Assembly: GCA_949358305.1 (NCBI GenBank) | Contig: OX442314.1 | Coordinates: 11,532,001-11,596,000 of the forward strand | Length of the DNA stretch: 64,000 nucleotides | From: Strigamia acuminata | Lineage: Eukaryota | Direction of reading: 5' to 3' | Shown: positions 59,114 to 64,000 of the stretch, piece by piece | Layout of the letters: each line of letters begins with the position of its first letter | How positions within the stretch are numbered: the first letter of the stretch is position 1 | The notes under the pieces: model-generated | What the model saw: only the letters and a program-made list of their open reading frames with translations | Databases searched by the model: none | Told to the model about the DNA's origin: nothing | Position numbers and translations under genes: made by a program

Positions 59114-62100
59114 TTGGAGCGCCATTTCTGTCTGTTTGGCATCTTATTCGCTAACTTTTACGCACTGCAAGATGATATATATATATTTTTAATAACTGAC
59201 AAAATTATTAAGCAAGAGCGCTGTATAAAACACATGCCCACATGTTTATTATCTAAACATGACTTGCCCTGATTAAATTTAAACTCGAGAGCACTTTTTT
59301 TCCCTCATCCTTTCATTAATTTTTATGCACAGAAAGGGGGTGAACATTGCACTAAAACCTCGCAGTCATCATCTAAACCATTTATTCGCACCTTTACAGG
59401 TAACTTCATAGCTCCAAGGGTGGAAAAATAATAAAAAAAAAATGAAGGAAAGGAAACACAAGTTGCTTTCTTAAATTTTTATATACATTATTTCCACAGG
59501 ACCGTTTCATTTACTTTTAGGACCGGCCTTCGTAGAACGAACAATCCATTCAAAACGCAATTTTGCAGACGCAATCTACTAACGAGGCTCTGTTTAAGGA
59601 AGAAAAAGAAATAAATACAAAGATGTTTAAGACATTTAAAAAAAGAAAAAAAGAAAAAAGCAAAGAAAAAAAATCAATAACATGGAAAGAAAAAAAATTG
59701 ACATTGGAATTAAGGTTGTCATTTTCAAAGATGAGACAGTTTTTCAATGAAAACACATCACAACAAACCGGAAATTTAACCCAGAAGAAGAAGAAGGAAA
59801 AAAAAATTGTTTGAGGATTTATAGGAAAGGACATTTCGATCGGTTGTGTCCATACCATTCTCTTCTGTCCGCTCAGTGGGTCCCCGAACTGTGATATGAC
59901 ATTCATGCACGTGTGCAGTGAATACATAAAAGAGCGACTAGATTTTCCTTTTTGCATAAACACGTAAACACCCGACAGGATTCTCACATTAACATGACAA
60001 ACCTCCATTCAATCCCAGAATAAAGCATAAAAAGACGGGCCAAAAAAATGCTGTAAATTGATGTAAAAATAATGGACTTATATGGAAAAAAAAAAATATA
60101 TTTTTATGGGCGGAAGTGAATATAAGATCCACTTCGCACAAAGATCATCCAAAGACGGGGTGGGAAGGAGTGGGAGTGAATTTAGGCCTTTTGCGGCCCC
60201 AAATGATAAGAGTTTGAAAAGTGAGCGGCAGAAAAAACCTCGTTCTAACAAAACGCGTAAAACAAACGTCGAAGACTAGAATTACGTTATAACGAGGTCG
60301 ACCCTCACCGACCCACAGAATCGTTTTCGATTTCCGTCGCGCGACCATCTCAAAACGCGCGTCGCAAAAACGGAAAAAGAAAAATTGAGAGGAAGCGCCA
60401 CTGTTTGTGGGTGCCGAATATAAAAGGCCGAATCGAGAGAGAGAGTTGGGTGGAGAGAGGGGGGTACGGGGGGGAAGCGAGAAAAAAGAGCACAGGGGGA
60501 AGGAAGGTGGCGGGAGAAGTAAAAAAAAAAAAGCAAGAACGACACTAATAAGACCCTTTTCTTGCCGGTCCACACCTCCTCGACCCTATTAGCACGCGCA
60601 CCACATGTAATCCGCGCGCGCGCGTCCTGTGGGCGGTGCTTCCGTTCAATTAATTCATTAACCCTCCAATTGGGATGCAACGACACTCCCCCCACCTACA
60701 CCAACCCTCTGTTTCCTATTCCTACTCCACCCTGATTTCTGTGTTTGGCACACTGCAATTGATAAACGCTTTAAAAAGAAACAAACAAACAACAACAAGA
60801 AAAACGTTTCAAACTTCAAACTTTTTTTTTTGTTTGAAAGGAAATCGAAAACCTCGTTATAGCGTCATCACGTGACCAAGGGTTACGACTGAGATGGGAG
60901 ATCCTCTTCGGCCATCAAGTAGGGTTTACGGGCGGGGATTTAGCTGACAGTTGCCATAAAATGCACGTTTCCCCCCCAGCCCTCCACTACTGCCCCTTAG
61001 ACGGGTCCCTAACTGGCTCAACTGGTCCCCCGTTGGTCCGCAAAGGTTGTCGCGTCATTCATCGACCCTCCCCCGCGTTAGGGGAGGTGGACAAAGGCGG
61101 AGGCAACGGCCAGTGACCAACGAGACTTCGATCCAACGACCAATGGATGCAATCTCGTCGAGTGGTGGTCACTCCATTGGGTATGGCAAAGAGAAACCTT
61201 AAAAAATAAAAAATAAAAATTTTTATTTTTATTTTTTTTTTTAAAAAATAAAAAAATAAATCGACACAGTGGAATTTTTGAATTTAATGGAGGTCGATTT
61301 ATTTAATTTCCGATCGCGTGTGCAGAAAATAAAAGGTGAAAAGTGAAACGAAATTGCGAGCGAAAAGTGAAAAATCAAATTGACGCAACGCCAACCCGTA
61401 TCGATATGCTCGACGTCCACATGATTCGATCGACACTGACTGCTGTAAAACCCTATTACCCATTCCATCGTAGCCTTTCACCCACACCCCTCGCCCCCCC
61501 ACCCACACAAACTCCCTTGTAAAATACTCGGATGGATCCCAGTGGACGTGACGTCAAAAAAAATGAAAAAAAATACAAAAAAAGCGTTGTAAAACAGGTC
61601 AGATTTAGAGACGGGAGAGTTAAGAAGTGTGGTGTTTTCATTCAAATCACCATAATTCGGTGAGAAAAATTGCCCTCGCACCAAATTGACGCCTTGGCCA
61701 AGCCAGGCAGAGTGGTCGTCACTGCCTGTTACTGCGTCGTTGCGGTGAAGTGGCCCATCAGGGGGCAACACGTCAATATCTGCCACGAATGTTGATCTCG
61801 ACCGAATGGGACATCGCTGGGCACCGAATCAAAATGCCTCGTTTTACATATTCCCAGTTCGCGAACCGGACACACTATTTTTATAAAAATTTTATAATAA
61901 ATAAATGAGAAAAATAATGAGAAAAAATAAAAAAAAAAAAATTTAAATTTCCCCGCATTTTTTTTTTCTTTTTTCTTTCTTTCTTTCTTTCTCCCTCGCC
62001 CGGTTTTTCTCTCATTTTTTTTTACTGAATTTAATCCTCACTAACCCGAGATGGCGCTGCACATCCGAGTGGAAGGGTGAGATGAAGGAAACAGAAGAGG

Positions 62101-64000
62101 GGAGGGGTAGGGTGGGGAAGGGTGTGCACGGAGGGGTGTGGGAGGGGGCGATGGGGAAAAAAACGTCACCACCTCCTCCTCCTCGCTTCTTCCACCCCTC
62201 GCAATTCGACCTTCCCCGAGTCATGGCGACATGTGAGTCGAGTTGCGCCGTGTCTCTCATTTTTTGCTGCGATCTCCATCTTGAACCGATCCACGTCTCA
62301 CCTCATTTGTGCGTCTTTTATTCACAGTTTGGGATTTAATGTTTGGTAATGAAAAAAAATATTGGAGCCGCGTGTAAACTCTATTTTTACACAAGAATGG
62401 AACGAGGAATTTTTGTAAGTGACCACTTTTTATTTTATTTTATTTTATTTTTTTAATTTAAAAAAAAAAATGTTATTATTTTTTTTATCGTGTCAAAAAT
62501 GGGTGAAAGAAGAAAAAATTCTTCTCACCTTGTTATCGCTTTGATTGATTATGTGTAATTTATGAAACACGACACCAAAAACCATCAAACAATCTTTCTT
62601 TATCTCGTTTACTAACCGCGGGCAAGCGAGTCGCAAAAATTGTGGGTGCAAAAATTGATTAACATTAAATAGGCCTAAGTTGCGCAGGTGAATATTACAT
62701 ATTTTGTTTTTCTAGTCGCCCTTATAATTTTGTTTTGCCATAACATTTGCCGGTGGCGAATTTTTTTGTTTTGGTAAATATTTTTTTTCTTCTCCCCGGA
62801 ACAAATTTCCACGTGCGGCTGCGTGCGGTCTTTGAAACGCTCACTGAAACGCTCACCGATTTCCAAAATTGATAAGGCTGCGAGTAAATAATTGGTACCG
62901 ACAGGATTTTTTGTATTTTTTTCTATATTATTATTATTAATATTATTATTATTAATTTTAGTAAGTGTGTTTTTTATACGTGCAGTAAATATGCGCTTTT
63001 TTATTGTATTGAAAATTCCAAATTATAGAATGAAAAAAAGGGTCCAGTGAGTTTGAATGGGTGCAGAAAGGCAGAACGCTACAACGGCTGCTGGACTGTC
63101 GTAATGACCCCCTCAAAACCCCTTTTTTGCAAAAAAGGGTGTCGCGAAAGCGCGATAAAACGTGCAAAAACGAAAAAAAAAGAAAAACGTGAAAACTCGG
63201 CCATTGTGATGTTAATTTTCGAGTTTTAATTTATTTTATTATATTTTTTAGCTTTTTTTAGATTTTCTTTTTATTAATGTCCGTAAAATTAAAAATCCTG
63301 TATTTTCCCCCCTTGTACACAAATTTAAATTCCAAATTCACACAATCTCAATTTTCAGCCGAATTTAACAGCAGATTATACAAAAACTCATCAATCGCTT
63401 AATCCCAGTCACCCACTCAGTGTTGCGTCTAAAATTGGTGATTTTTCTCGTATTTGTGTCGACAAATCATTGGTAATTTGTGCACTGATGGCCGTTTATT
63501 CGGACTCAATAATTTTCGTGGCTTTGAACACAGATGCAAAATTTAATTGCACACTTCTCCAACGTCCGACAAGTTTATTTTCCATAATAAATAAATAAAT
63601 AATTTCGAAAACACCATTATCTTGTCTAAACTTTTCCTTCTCCGTGAGGAATTACAGTTAATTGGCAAATTTGATTAAAATGTTAGCGTCCACATTTCCT
63701 CTCGTGATTTGATTACACTACAACATTTTATCTGACTTGACAATTTCACTTGAGGTCCGCGAACAAATAAACAGCAGCCCCTTGTTAAGTTAAGGTAATT
63801 TTATGTAGGTAAAAATCCTTCTCCCTTCGTATACTCTGTAATTAAGAACGACATTCGCCCACACAAATTTCTTAAATACATTTTTCGCTATCAAAAACAA
63901 CGTCAAAGTTAAAAATTATGACAAACTTGCGCCTAATCTCATTCAAATATTTTTATTTTCTCATAATTTTTTTCTCTCTTTTTTATTCACAGTTATTTGG

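Noticed and set aside
2246..59990. Scattered Su(H)-like YGTGRGAA and Ci/Gli-like GACCAC sites
   Set aside because: The number seen is not clearly above chance for 64 kb, and there is no paired-site arrangement.
1777..63229. Remaining 60-160 aa ORFs in the track
   Set aside because: Low-complexity F/K/L/I-rich translations of A/T tracts or chance frames, often with non-ATG starts and no domain motifs.

Overview
This is AT-rich eukaryotic DNA, probably from an animal and plausibly an arthropod (inferred from the transposon types and motifs). Most of it is non-coding. The only long coding sequence is an intact BEL/Pao LTR retrotransposon (11679-17629). It has identical 329-bp LTRs, a 5-bp GAGAC target-site duplication, an 18-nt tRNA-Phe primer-binding site and one gag-pol ORF. 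Other repeats are pogo/Tigger-like, Tc1/mariner-like and CMC/EnSpm-like non-autonomous elements, a decayed non-LTR reverse transcriptase fragment, two minisatellites, a tandem duplication and microsatellites. The most interesting signal is a roughly 2-kb GC/CpG-rich island (about 27110-29145) that the ORF track shows only in pieces. On the minus strand, short GT-AG introns join in frame into a small protein containing MSRRKQENPQ, which matches the NuRD/RBBP4-binding motif of FOG, SALL and BCL11 proteins. A divergent plus-strand frame encodes LTTANLIDVII, resembling the NCoR CoRNR box. This could be a mobile cassette encoding co-repressor motif mimics, or the 5' end of a host zinc-finger repressor gene. 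The sequence alone cannot decide between these.
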